From a virus, in IMG/VR virus record IMGVR_UViG_3300042509_002208, positions 1 to 64,000 of that record: 64,000 nt of DNA; one strand, written 5' to 3'. Positions 7,054 through 17,728 of this stretch are shown here, piece by piece. Each line of letters begins with the position of its first letter. Position 1 is the first letter of the stretch. The position numbers were made by a program, and so were the translations under genes. The notes below the pieces were generated by a model. It saw nothing but the letters and a program-made list of their open reading frames with translations, did not search any database and was not told where the DNA came from.

Positions 7054-10000
7054 ATGGCAAAAGGCGACCTCCAATTCGGTTTAACTATTGATGGTGGCGC
7101 TGCCGAACGGTATGTACAGCAGTGGGTTAGCGATGTAAAGAATCAAACCAAGCAGTTATCCGACGAGATCCAGAAAGCCCTTGGAGGGCCTCCGATCAAG
7201 AAAGAGCTGCAAATTATTACAACAACCGACGAAAACGGAGTCAAAAAACAGGTAACTCAGCTTAAAGAAGTTGGCAGGATCACTGATACAATTAACCAGC
7301 AATGGGTTAATGCCAACAAGTTACAGGACGGCAGTGTAACGAGACTGAGGCAACAAGTAAATGAAGCGAAACAGGCCAGAGATGCAATCTCAAAAATTGG
7401 CAAATCTGCCGATGATTTAAAAACAAAAATCAACAGTATTAACCCTGCTTGGGACTTAGCTAATCAAAAAGTAAGAGCACTTAGTAGGGAACTTGAAATT
7501 GCCAGTGCCAGCAGTTTCTGGCAACGAATAAAGGCAGAATTTAACCTTGGGCCGATTGTTGGTGCTGGCAAGGCTCTGAATGAAATCGTTAATACATTCC
7601 AGAGTTTATCCATCGTCGTTGGCCAGTTAACTGCGCCAATCATTGCATTATCAAATGCACTAAACGAGATCCAGCAGATTGACTTATTATTTAAAGGTAT
7701 TGGTGGCGGCCCCGCTGAAATTTCTAAGATCTTCGCTGATTCTTCCAGGATTGCGCTGGAATATGGCGTTAACCTGAAGACGGTTCGCGAAAGCTTTACG
7801 CAATTAACTCCTGTTATTCTGGCAAGTGGTGGTTCACTTGAAAACGTAAGTCAGATCACCAGTGCATTATCTTCGCGTTTTGCGACGTTTGGTCTTAGCG
7901 CCGACAAATCAAGGCGTGTGATGAATGGTGTCATCCAAGCTTTCGGTAAAGGAAAGCTGATGGCTGAAGAATTAACTCAGCAGATTTCTGAAGCTGATCC
8001 AGCCTTTAAGACTGACTTAGCGAATGCGATTGGCGTTACTGTCGCTCAATTGGGAGAGATGGTCAAGGCGGGCGAGATTACGTCTCAAGTCTTGCTGGAA
8101 GTCCTGCCATTGCTGGCTAAAAATTCAGTTTATTTTGGCAAGTTAGGAACCTCTGCCACCTCTGCAGTTGCTGCCCTAGGCCGTGGCCAGGCTACGATTG
8201 AACAGGTTAAAAACCAGCTAGCAACTCTTAGTCAGCTTAACCTGGAATCACTGGCTGGCCTTTTTAAGCCCTTATTGGGTGCATTCCTGCAAGTTCAGGC
8301 TGCTGTTGTTGATTTTATTACAAATCTTAGAAAGTTAGAAGTCGTCAAGAGTTTGATTAGTGTTGTTAATTCACTGGCTGTTCAGTTGGCCGGGATTTTC
8401 ACGGCATTTACAAATGTAATCATCATAGTTGGCAAATTCGTTGATCCAATTTTTGCTGCAATCAATGCAGTTGATGATTTCAGTCAGAAGCTGGTAGGCT
8501 TTAAAGTTTTATCTGCAGCAGTCGCAGCAATCATAACAGGACTCCTGATTAAATCCATTGTTGGGTTAGCTGCTACGGCTATACCCAAGGCGATTACTGG
8601 TATCCAGGGGCTTGCAACGTCTCTTGGCATCTTGAATGGCCAATCCTTGATGCAATTTGTAACAGGCATCGCGAATGGCGTAAAAAGCATGATTGCCTGG
8701 ATTGCTAGCGCTGGTCAGACAATTGCTGCAAATATTGCACAAGCTGCGAGCTATAAGACTGTTACTGCCGCAGCGTTGGCTACCGCTGCTGCCAAAGAGG
8801 TTGAAGCAAACGCAGGTAATCTTGCATCTAAGGCGGCTGCTAATGCAATCAGGGCCAACAAAGGTGTTGAATCTTCCCTGAACGCTGTTGATGCTGCTTC
8901 TGGAGCCGCCGCAGGTGGCTTTAAGTTGACTGCCGGTGCTGCAGCCGCTGCTGCGGCTGTCCTTGGCGTCGTAGCGTATGCATTTAATACATACAAGACA
9001 ATCACCGAGCAGGGAGATACTGCCGCAAAGAACTTTGACGAAGGATTAAAGCAGCTCAGGGCAGAAATGGCTGCGACTGGCACTGAAGCGCAGAATGCCG
9101 CTACCGACACAGAGATGTTTGCCAATAAGTTAAAAGACTTAGCGGCTCAAACCAGAGACAGAAATGTATTTGATGTTGTAGTTGACGTTGTATTCATGAC
9201 AGACATGAATACAGCAATAGCTGTATTACATGCAAAAGCTGAATTAAACAAGAGATTCAAGGATCTTGAGAAGAATGTAGAGGGCACGAAGCAAAGGCTT
9301 CAGGAGTATAATGCTGCACAAGACAAGAGCGGAGCTGGCGCCAGGGCGTTAAAGCAGGAGATCTTAAATCAAGTTAAGGCTTATGATCTCTTGATTCAGG
9401 AAGCAATCAAGGCCAGAAATGAATTAGCACAAAAGGCTGCGACAAGTGGAGCGGGCTTAGATCCCAAGGAAATTATTGCTCTGAAGAAATTCCAAGAAGA
9501 CATAGAGAAATTCAGAAAAGCCAGGGATGGCTTAATTGAAGAGACCCAAGCAAAAGGCATTCAATTAGATGTAAAGCTGTCGACTGAAGGTGAAGAACAG
9601 GTCATCACGACGATTGCCGGAATTGATGCAGAGCTAAAGAGCATCAAAGAGACCACTACGGTTGCCAGGATAGGGGAGGAAGGAGCAGAAGAGACAGAAA
9701 ACAAGATCAAAGGTTTGGATGGCTTATTGAAATTCATCCAAGAAAACCCTGTTACTGTTAAAATCAAAGCCCAATTTGATATTGACAAGGCTGCAATAGC
9801 TAGTCAGATTGAATACGGTCAAGCAATGATCGAAAACACTCGCTCCAGAGGCGAGCTGGAAGGATCGATCTTTGGCATCTACAAGGCACGTAATTCTTTT
9901 GCGATTCAAACGGCCCAGGAAGAGTTGCAGTCCATGAAGGACCGCAAAGTTAGCGCCGAACAGATCAAACAGAAGGAGAACGAAATAGCTCAGCTCAAAG

Positions 10001-12195
10001 ATAACGAGCGCAAGATTGAACAAGCTGCAATTTTAAAGAAATTGCAGAACATTGGAACAGAGCAGCAACTAGAAAGACAGGTTCTTGAGTTAAAGCAGCA
10101 GGGTCAAAGACTGGAAGCGCAAATGGCAATTGATGCTGCAAACCAACTTGCGATTCAAGCCAGAATTGCGGAGCAAATTGCAATCCAAAATAAATTAAAG
10201 GCACAAGCAACTAAGGATCCAACTGATGACGCACCTGCCGCAAAACTAGTTGATTATGCAAAACAGTATGTCGAATACGCTGACAAGGGAGTAAATTCAG
10301 CAAAGCAGCGTTACAATACATTAACTCAGACGCAAGCTCTGGAAAAAGACACCTTAAACAACCAACAAGCTGCTGCAAGAAATAACTTGAATGCACAAGC
10401 GGCTCAGGTTGGATTGAATTCAACTATCGATAAAGGTGCTCAATCTTATGGGAACTTGAATAAAGAAAGTGCTGGATTCATCAGTGCTGGCGGAAAGACC
10501 GTTCAAGTATACAACGAATTAGGCAATGAAATTCGTCAAACCGGTCGCGATGCAGGCACTTTAGGGCAGCAGTTGAACAGCCTACCTAGAGACCAGTCCT
10601 TAAATATCGGTCTTGACGCAAATCTTGATCCTCAATCCGTCAACCAGGCAGTCTCTGAGGGTCAGGCTGCACTTGATCAGCCCGGCAGGCAATTAACGAC
10701 ACCATTGAAGCCTACCGTTGACACGGTTGGTTTCTACAATGAAGTCCGCCAAGCTGTTCAAACAGTTCAATCTTCTGACGCCACAAAAGTTTCGGCTCAA
10801 TTAAAAGTTGAAGGCCAAGAAATGGCGGCGGCTTCAATCCAAAGTCTTTCTAATTCTGTCGAGGATTACAAAACAAAAGTTGAGACTGCTAATCAAGCAC
10901 AAGGTCAACTCAATACTGCAATTTCTAATTACAATGAAGCTCTAAAAAGCGGTGATCCTACCAGGATTCTAGAAACAGCAGGAGCTTTAAGCTATCAAAG
11001 ACAAGTAGTGGAAGCCGCTAATATTGACCTGCAAAACGCCAAGGCGAATCTGCAAGATGCTGATGCGACCGCCAAAGTTCTTGGCGTTAACATTGGTAAT
11101 GTCGGAACTCAAGCCTCAAATGCATCTCAGCAAATCACCGGGATCGGCTCGGCGATTTCCACATCAGCCAATGAAATCACAAACTACACATCACAGCTAG
11201 AAAATTTCAGCACAAGTGCATCTCAAGGTGTCCAAAATGTCGGGACTGGACTGAATAGCCTGAAAACAGAAGCACAGGAGTTTGTTAATACCTTATCAGG
11301 TGCTCCTCAAGCCTTTGGTGAAATCGGTATTGCTGCTGGTGAATCGGCCAATGGTATAAACGGTATTTCAGAGAATTTGGCGGGCGTATCAGAGAATGCA
11401 GAGAATGCGGGCGACGCCTTTATGAGCATCTCCACTGGAGCTGGTGAAGCCGCAGATGCTGTTGATGATATCCCAAGTTCTCTTGAAGGTGTCGGCGATA
11501 GCGTCGACGGATTAGCCGGATCATTCTCCGATGCTGCTGATTACGCGGGACAGGTAGTCGAGTCTGGTTTTGACGGTGCCGCAGAAAATGCTAGCATTGC
11601 TGGAGACGACTTCAGCAATAGCCTAAGCACTGCCTCGACTCAGGCTGATGAAATTTACAGCACATTATCCAATATTGATGGATTAAATCCAACGGTTACC
11701 GTTAATGTCGTTGGAACCCCTGGCCGATTTGCTGGCGGCCCAGTCGATTCTGGCCAGATGTACCGAGTCAATGAACTCGGCAAGGAAGCATTCTTATCAG
11801 CAAGCGGTCGTCTTTCGATGATTAACAAGCCTAAGAATGCACTGTGGAGGGCACCATCTAGAGGTACTGTGATCCCCGCGCATTTAACCGCTGGTCTCTC
11901 TATCCCAAGCAGTGGTGTCAGCGTTGCAGCAGGGGCTTCTAGAAGGGTCTCCAGTGCAGTCTCTAACATGTCCAGCTCTGCTTCTATTGCACGGGCTGTA
12001 ACACAGGCCCTGAGGGCTTCTGGACTGCTTGAAACTAACAACAGCGCAGCCGCAAACCAGGCAGGGCAAGCGGTTCAGCTTGGAAAGCTAACGCATGCTG
12101 TTAACAAGCTGGTGGACAAGGATTGGAACGTTCAGGTAAACGTTAAAAATCCAAGTCCGTCCGCTTATGTTAATATGATTAACAGACTGTCATGA
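7054..12195 (+). CDS. tail tape measure protein
   Basis: 1713 aa, Ala/Gln-rich coiled coil; tape-measure domain (QAFGKGKLMAEEL...GEITS), hydrophobic middle, C-terminal RFAGGPV...YRVNELGKEAF. Confidence 0.92.
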   Translation: MAKGDLQFGLTIDGGAAERYVQQWVSDVKNQTKQLSDEIQKALGGPPIKKELQIITTTDENGVKKQVTQLKEVGRITDTINQQWVNANKLQDGSVTRLRQQVNEAKQARDAISKIGKSADDLKTKINSINPAWDLANQKVRALSRELEIASASSFWQRIKAEFNLGPIVGAGKALNEIVNTFQSLSIVVGQLTAPIIALSNALNEIQQIDLLFKGIGGGPAEISKIFADSSRIALEYGVNLKTVRESFTQLTPVILASGGSLENVSQITSALSSRFATFGLSADKSRRVMNGVIQAFGKGKLMAEELTQQISEADPAFKTDLANAIGVTVAQLGEMVKAGEITSQVLLEVLPLLAKNSVYFGKLGTSATSAVAALGRGQATIEQVKNQLATLSQLNLESLAGLFKPLLGAFLQVQAAVVDFITNLRKLEVVKSLISVVNSLAVQLAGIFTAFTNVIIIVGKFVDPIFAAINAVDDFSQKLVGFKVLSAAVAAIITGLLIKSIVGLAATAIPKAITGIQGLATSLGILNGQSLMQFVTGIANGVKSMIAWIASAGQTIAANIAQAASYKTVTAAALATAAAKEVEANAGNLASKAAANAIRANKGVESSLNAVDAASGAAAGGFKLTAGAAAAAAAVLGVVAYAFNTYKTITEQGDTAAKNFDEGLKQLRAEMAATGTEAQNAATDTEMFANKLKDLAAQTRDRNVFDVVVDVVFMTDMNTAIAVLHAKAELNKRFKDLEKNVEGTKQRLQEYNAAQDKSGAGARALKQEILNQVKAYDLLIQEAIKARNELAQKAATSGAGLDPKEIIALKKFQEDIEKFRKARDGLIEETQAKGIQLDVKLSTEGEEQVITTIAGIDAELKSIKETTTVARIGEEGAEETENKIKGLDGLLKFIQENPVTVKIKAQFDIDKAAIASQIEYGQAMIENTRSRGELEGSIFGIYKARNSFAIQTAQEELQSMKDRKVSAEQIKQKENEIAQLKDNERKIEQAAILKKLQNIGTEQQLERQVLELKQQGQRLEAQMAIDAANQLAIQARIAEQIAIQNKLKAQATKDPTDDAPAAKLVDYAKQYVEYADKGVNSAKQRYNTLTQTQALEKDTLNNQQAAARNNLNAQAAQVGLNSTIDKGAQSYGNLNKESAGFISAGGKTVQVYNELGNEIRQTGRDAGTLGQQLNSLPRDQSLNIGLDANLDPQSVNQAVSEGQAALDQPGRQLTTPLKPTVDTVGFYNEVRQAVQTVQSSDATKVSAQLKVEGQEMAAASIQSLSNSVEDYKTKVETANQAQGQLNTAISNYNEALKSGDPTRILETAGALSYQRQVVEAANIDLQNAKANLQDADATAKVLGVNIGNVGTQASNASQQITGIGSAISTSANEITNYTSQLENFSTSASQGVQNVGTGLNSLKTEAQEFVNTLSGAPQAFGEIGIAAGESANGINGISENLAGVSENAENAGDAFMSISTGAGEAADAVDDIPSSLEGVGDSVDGLAGSFSDAADYAGQVVESGFDGAAENASIAGDDFSNSLSTASTQADEIYSTLSNIDGLNPTVTVNVVGTPGRFAGGPVDSGQMYRVNELGKEAFLSASGRLSMINKPKNALWRAPSRGTVIPAHLTAGLSIPSSGVSVAAGASRRVSSAVSNMSSSASIARAVTQALRASGLLETNNSAAANQAGQAVQLGKLTHAVNKLVDKDWNVQVNVKNPSPSAYVNMINRLS

Positions 12196-13352
12196 GTATT
12201 TCAATTGGCGGCTTTACCTTTAATCGGTTAATAGCGCAGCCATTTGGCTACGAAGAGACTGAGACTTCAAGAGGTTTTACAGCAAAAAGATGGGCAATAT
12301 CTGGTCTTGCAACGCCCGCTGAGTGGGTCACGCTGCTTGGGGTATATGATACTTGGCGCGATGCCCGTATAACAGAAGACGATCCTGTAGTTTCTAATAG
12401 TACAGGTACAACCGTAACGTTTTCCGGTACCGGCGCAGGTGGCGTAACGTGGAATACACCTTGCTGGTTCTCCACGGCGCCTCAAGGTACCCAGGACGGT
12501 ATCTACATCTCTATTTCGGTAGAGCTTGTAGACGCAGCGCAAGCCCTTGCAGTCCTAAAAGCAACTGCTACAAGCTCTAGCTCGACAACGACCTTAGCTG
12601 GTACTGTTACGATTGGAGGCGTTAGTTTCTCCAGAATGACCGCCCAGACTTCTGGGTACGATGAAACAGATACTCGAAGAGGCTTTACGGCAAAGAGATG
12701 GTCAGTTACTGGCCTACTGACCAGTGCTGAGTGGGCTTCTTTATTATCGGTTTATGATAGCTGGAGAGATCTGAAGATTGCAGAAGACGACCCTCTAGTA
12801 ACCAATAGTGTCGGAGCCACGGTTGCTATTAGTGGTGCTGGCGTAAATGGTACAAATTGGTCTGCGACTTGCTGGTTCTCTGGTGCTCCCCAAGGTGATC
12901 CAGACCAGTCCGGTTCTTATATCTCAGCCTCGGTTGAACTTGTCGATGCTACGCAGGCTTTAGCGGTTCTGGTTGCAGCAAATGCAGAAGACGGCGGCGG
13001 CGGGGATATACCACCTGATCTTGGGACAGTCACGGTTGGCTCGGCTGTCTTGACACTTAAAAAGCCTCGTGAGACTTTTCAGTCTGTTCCTACGCTTGAG
13101 CTAACTGCGGCTGGTACATCTTATATTACTGGTCCAAGGAAAGCTGTCGAAGTAGAGGACATAGAAGGGGAGACTGACGAAGCAGGATGGAACGCTGTCA
13201 GGGATTGGTTTAAAACTACGATGGAATCAACTCCAGACGCGGGAGATTGGTATCCCATAAGTGTCCCAACCGCTTCTGTTGAACGCCGTATCGTATCTGG
13301 TAGCCCACAGAATATTTATACAGTTTCTTTGCAAAGAGCCAAAGCAAGATGA
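12192..13352 (+). CDS. distal tail-like protein with an internal tandem duplication
   Basis: Directly after the tape measure gene; aa ~1-125 and ~137-263 are clear repeats (RGFTAKRW, TCWFS, SVELVDA.QALAVL). Confidence 0.6.
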   Translation: MSISIGGFTFNRLIAQPFGYEETETSRGFTAKRWAISGLATPAEWVTLLGVYDTWRDARITEDDPVVSNSTGTTVTFSGTGAGGVTWNTPCWFSTAPQGTQDGIYISISVELVDAAQALAVLKATATSSSSTTTLAGTVTIGGVSFSRMTAQTSGYDETDTRRGFTAKRWSVTGLLTSAEWASLLSVYDSWRDLKIAEDDPLVTNSVGATVAISGAGVNGTNWSATCWFSGAPQGDPDQSGSYISASVELVDATQALAVLVAANAEDGGGGDIPPDLGTVTVGSAVLTLKKPRETFQSVPTLELTAAGTSYITGPRKAVEVEDIEGETDEAGWNAVRDWFKTTMESTPDAGDWYPISVPTASVERRIVSGSPQNIYTVSLQRAKAR

Positions 13353-15325
13353 CAATTGATATTCGGGCTAAAATAATTTCCAGCGCCGGAGAGGTTATTA
13401 GCGGAGAAGTAAGCGATAGCTATTTACCAGATGCTGGTCTTGTTTTTACTACAGGGTCGATTATTCTAAGCGGAGTCAGGAATCTAGCGATTGGTACAAT
13501 CATCGAGATTTCTTATATAGACATAGATAAGAGACGCGCGGCCCGGATACCTAGACAATTGCGTGTTTTGAGCAGTTTTGCTGATCCTTTGCGCAACCAA
13601 ACCACATTAGAGTTAGGATGTACTTTAACTTATTTCCAGGACAGAAAGCCTTTACCTCTTGAGCAGCCACTTAAGGAGCCGGAGTACGATTGCGAAGAGT
13701 CATATCGAATCCCTCCACGGATTGGTGCTAGTACTGTTTTTAGTAATTGCTGCTTAGCATTAGGTCTTGCATATTCTGGTAATCCACTTACTAACTCATT
13801 TATCACGGATTCTTTTGATTACAGTGCTGGATATGTTGCCATCATAGGCGATCTATTGAAAAGTGAAGGCTATTTTGGCCATATTGACGCAAGAGGAGTT
13901 CTCCAAGTAGTCAGCTTTAATAGCAGTGGAGGAAAAGGTCCAGTGTTGGACGAAACCAATATTATTGATATATCTTCAACAAGCTCTAGCGATATCCCTG
14001 GAGATGCTGTTATTGTTTCTTATAACTCAATTCAATTAAATCCCCCAGATCCCGAAAAAGAAAAAGAAGAAAATGGATCCGAATACATGTACAAAAGGAA
14101 CTGGGAACTTGACGAATCGTATCCAGATCCGGTTATTGTGTATGACGAATGGACGGATTCTGAAGGAAATCAGGTGCGAGATGAATATAAACTTGTGGCG
14201 TGGACGACATCAAGAACCGTGTACGATGTTTGGGATAGGGCAATGTACAGGTTTGAGGTTCAAAATGGACTAATTGCACAAACCTGGAAATCGACATGGT
14301 GGACTTATGAGCTTGAAGCTGGCAGCTCTTATGCTCCAGATCGGGAAAGTGGGAGCGGGTCTGCATGGTGGGATAAAAGCTTGTCTCCCGGAGAAGGTAC
14401 ACCGCGAGAATTTTATTCAGGACGAAATTTTGCAAAACTAATCGGCCAGAACGCAGGCCCGGATGATCCGTGCCTAGAGGATGAAGGAGACGACAAGCCT
14501 GAGAATTATGCTAATGTATTAGTTGAAGAACAATGGGAATCCGGTCCATTGGCTGATATCGTACAGGCATGTGGGTTTTCTGAAACTTGGTATCCGAATA
14601 TAAAGTCATTGCCAATTGAGCGAACCACAAAATTAAGGCAATTTACTTATTACGAAAAGGATGAAGATACCGGAATTACAAAGACTCGCACTGACAAATA
14701 CATTCCTTATGTCCAAACTCCAGAGGGGGCTTACTCTATAGGAAAAAGAGCCGAAGTAGTAGGCCAGTTTGATAGTAGTGTCAATCCATTTGAAGATTCT
14801 GTCCTTAGGATTATCGATGACGCAAGTACCATAGTCAAATATGGTGGTGATACTAAAATTAGAACAGAAAGAGAATTTGGATTACAAAAAAGACCTTCCC
14901 GGCTTGAGCGCACGGTACAAACCTATAGTAGGCAAGCCCCTATAGCTAGCCAGGGTGAAATCGTTTATGCATTTGGGAATAGTAGCACTTCACGTTCTGC
15001 GGTTGAGTTTCAAATGCCGTATGCATCGGACGACAGTATTTCTGGCAGTCAGAGAACGGGCTACAGTTCAATTGCATCCAATGCAGGTCAAAAAGCGGTT
15101 AATTACGGCAGGCTACAAAATCGACTCCTCATTGGTTCAAACAGGGGCGTAAGCCTTCAAATGATGGCATCCGATATGCCATCTTATCCCTTTGAACCAA
15201 TTAATATCTCACTAAGGGGTTACGTTGGTCAATATAGAACAAATGCACAAAGCTGGACTTTTGATTCTCAGGGAATTATAGCTAGTTGTGATGCCCTGTT
15301 CTGGGGAGCGGTAGGGAAAGAATAA
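13349..15325 (+). CDS. tail tip/baseplate hub-like protein
   Basis: Position after the distal-tail-like gene, 658 aa; no catalytic motif recognised. Confidence 0.5.
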   Translation: MTIDIRAKIISSAGEVISGEVSDSYLPDAGLVFTTGSIILSGVRNLAIGTIIEISYIDIDKRRAARIPRQLRVLSSFADPLRNQTTLELGCTLTYFQDRKPLPLEQPLKEPEYDCEESYRIPPRIGASTVFSNCCLALGLAYSGNPLTNSFITDSFDYSAGYVAIIGDLLKSEGYFGHIDARGVLQVVSFNSSGGKGPVLDETNIIDISSTSSSDIPGDAVIVSYNSIQLNPPDPEKEKEENGSEYMYKRNWELDESYPDPVIVYDEWTDSEGNQVRDEYKLVAWTTSRTVYDVWDRAMYRFEVQNGLIAQTWKSTWWTYELEAGSSYAPDRESGSGSAWWDKSLSPGEGTPREFYSGRNFAKLIGQNAGPDDPCLEDEGDDKPENYANVLVEEQWESGPLADIVQACGFSETWYPNIKSLPIERTTKLRQFTYYEKDEDTGITKTRTDKYIPYVQTPEGAYSIGKRAEVVGQFDSSVNPFEDSVLRIIDDASTIVKYGGDTKIRTEREFGLQKRPSRLERTVQTYSRQAPIASQGEIVYAFGNSSTSRSAVEFQMPYASDDSISGSQRTGYSSIASNAGQKAVNYGRLQNRLLIGSNRGVSLQMMASDMPSYPFEPINISLRGYVGQYRTNAQSWTFDSQGIIASCDALFWGAVGKE

Positions 15326-16551
15326 TGAGTATCACTAACGCAAATATTATCACCAGAATCCGAGCATCAGTTTCTCGCTCAAATTCGAATGGATGTACTC
15401 CTCCGGTAGAAGAGGCATGGTTCCCTTTGCCTCCAAGTATTACAGCATTTCCCGTTTCTCCTGGAGTGATAGACCTGCCTCCTGTCCCCGCCGAGACGAT
15501 AAACGTAGAACCGATTCCGGCCGAATCTGCAATACTACCAATAGACTTTGATTTAGACAATCCAGATATCTGCGCTTTGTTTACATCTATACTTAGCGAA
15601 AGTAATGATCCTGTTTACGCGAGAGAGCTTGAGGTTCAAACGTTAATTCTCCCATTTAACGAAATCATCGTTCACACAGCATTGCTTAGAGCGTATTTGA
15701 ATTTAAATAGATATTACTATAGCCTGAAACCAAGGCTACAGGATGCTCCGTTGGATTTGAGGGTTTTATATTATATCACTAGATTGTATAAGTTCAAGAA
15801 AACTAATATAAATTATGATATAGTTAGTCAAGATGCAGTAACAAGGAAAAGCTGGAAATTAGCCGCAGCAAGTGGAAGCTTGCTGATGGAATTCCCTAAT
15901 TCCGCGATAAGACCAATTAAACTGTTTGGAGAGGCCGGTTCACTAGCTCTTAGTTTTGCAAACGCCTCAGTTGGAATACCTGGAACATTTTCGTATGGCT
16001 GGGAAAGTACCCTAGAAACAGGTGTTGGCAGTGCAAGTCCTGTCAATGTATCCTACAGGCGAAACATTCATTTGACGGTTTATCCAGCATCTATTCTGCT
16101 TGCAAATGGAGCCAGGGCCGGCGCAAGGTTCATCAACCTGCGTTGGTATGTCGTCAATTCAGTTCCCGCTGGTAACTCCATACTTGGCATGAATATTCGA
16201 TTATACCATACAACCTCAACAACCGCAAACTCTGCTGTCAATGCAGTCAATGGTATTAAGACCACCGTTTATAGCGATTCTAGCACCACGCCATTCCTTA
16301 AAGCAGAAAGCCTTGGCGTTCTACAAGTTGATTTCAGTACGCCATTTGTGTGGGACGGTGTTAATTCACTGGTTGTGGAAACCTGTACTTCGCAAAATGA
16401 AACCAACTACACTTCCAGAGGAAGCCTTCGTGCAATCGGAACCGCAACAGTAAGAAGATATAACTGGACAGACAGCGCTGGAAGCAGTTGTAGTACAACG
16501 CCAAGCGATACCGCTCAGGCTTATATATCAACTCAGATGGATTACGAGTAA
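15325..16551 (+). CDS. virion tail-associated protein
   Basis: Coupled to the upstream gene; C-terminal beta-rich domain (FSTPFVWDGVNSLVVETC). Confidence 0.5.
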   Translation: MSITNANIITRIRASVSRSNSNGCTPPVEEAWFPLPPSITAFPVSPGVIDLPPVPAETINVEPIPAESAILPIDFDLDNPDICALFTSILSESNDPVYARELEVQTLILPFNEIIVHTALLRAYLNLNRYYYSLKPRLQDAPLDLRVLYYITRLYKFKKTNINYDIVSQDAVTRKSWKLAAASGSLLMEFPNSAIRPIKLFGEAGSLALSFANASVGIPGTFSYGWESTLETGVGSASPVNVSYRRNIHLTVYPASILLANGARAGARFINLRWYVVNSVPAGNSILGMNIRLYHTTSTTANSAVNAVNGIKTTVYSDSSTTPFLKAESLGVLQVDFSTPFVWDGVNSLVVETCTSQNETNYTSRGSLRAIGTATVRRYNWTDSAGSSCSTTPSDTAQAYISTQMDYE

Positions 16552-16557
16552 AAACTT

Positions 16558-16566
16558 GGAACACTA
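16558..16566 (+). promoter_or_regulatory. GGNANNCTA motif
   Basis: GGAACACTA 30 nt before ATG 16597. Confidence 0.65.
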
Positions 16567-16596
16567 GCGCATTGTTGACTTAAGTCAGTTCATTCG

Positions 16597-17040
16597 ATGG
16601 CTGCCTTTAATAAGTTTCATTGTTTCTCGAAAGATCTTGCTCATAAAAAGCACAATCTTTCTAGCGATGTATTGAAGGTCTATTTGACCAATAGCGCTCC
16701 AGTAGCGGCAACGAATACTGCCTATGATGGCACGACTGGAGTCACTGGTCCTGCTGAGATTGCTGCTGGTAATGGATATACGGCTACTGGATCTAGTGCT
16801 ACTGTAAGTAGCAGTGATCAATCCAGCGGTACTTATCGATTAATTCTGCAAGATCCCCCAACCTGGACTGCAACAGGCGGCACAGTTGGCCCTCTGAGAT
16901 ATGCTGTTTTATACAATTCGTCAAGTACTGGTAAAGAATTAATTGGATGGTGGGACTATGGCGCCAGTGTCACACTTCAAGACACTGAAACGCTTGCAGT
17001 TGACCTCGATCAAGTTAACGGCGTTCTGACGATTGCCTGA
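16597..17040 (+). CDS. virion structural protein (small tail-associated family)
   Basis: LKVYLTN...EIAAGNGYTATG...WTATGG...YAVLYN...LIGWWDYG pattern. Confidence 0.65.
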   Translation: MAAFNKFHCFSKDLAHKKHNLSSDVLKVYLTNSAPVAATNTAYDGTTGVTGPAEIAAGNGYTATGSSATVSSSDQSSGTYRLILQDPPTWTATGGTVGPLRYAVLYNSSSTGKELIGWWDYGASVTLQDTETLAVDLDQVNGVLTIA

Positions 17041-17042
17041 TT

Positions 17043-17717
17043 ATGGCTTTAACAATCTCTTTTAGTCCCAGAGAGCTTGAGCGAGTCGCTTTAGCGGCTT
17101 ATGCTGGCAAACGTCTGAGAGTATTCTTGGCAATCGTCAATACAGAGACATACAATAGCTCCACCGCTGTAGCGACGTGGGAAGCGTTGGAGGTTGTCGG
17201 TAATGGCTACAGCAGTTACAAAGAAATCATTGATCTAGGGTTGTATGATGGGACAGATACTCGGTACGAGCTTGGCGGGATTGACACGGCAGGAGGATAT
17301 ATTGATGCAGAATTTAATGCAACTCCTGGCGGTGTTGGGTTTACATATAACAGAGTTGTAGTGGTAGTGCAAGACGAGTCTTCCTCTAATTTAATTACAT
17401 ATACTGAGCTAACTTCTGACGTAGCAACTGTTACCACGGCCTCTAGTCATGGTCTAACCACTGGTGACGAAGTAGTAATTTCCGGAGCAACAGACAGCAC
17501 ATACAATGGTGTTTATGTTGTTACTGGTACTCCTACAGCTACCAGTTTTACTTTTGATAAAATTCACGCTGACATCACTTCCGCAATAAGTGTTGGCACA
17601 GTGAAGACCTATGCTGACACTGCCTATCCTCATTCCGTCTTAACGGAAGGTCCTGACATAACTCTGGCTCCCGGTCAAGTCATTACATACAGGATTCAGA
17701 TCATCGTTGATGATTAA
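17043..17717 (+). CDS. virion structural protein, paralogue of 16597 with an inserted small beta domain
   Basis: LRVFLA...EVVGNGY...FNATPGG; insert HGLTTGDEVVISGATDSTYNGVYVV. Confidence 0.6.
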   Translation: MALTISFSPRELERVALAAYAGKRLRVFLAIVNTETYNSSTAVATWEALEVVGNGYSSYKEIIDLGLYDGTDTRYELGGIDTAGGYIDAEFNATPGGVGFTYNRVVVVVQDESSSNLITYTELTSDVATVTTASSHGLTTGDEVVISGATDSTYNGVYVVTGTPTATSFTFDKIHADITSAISVGTVKTYADTAYPHSVLTEGPDITLAPGQVITYRIQIIVDD

Positions 17718-17728
17718 GTTGTGTATTT

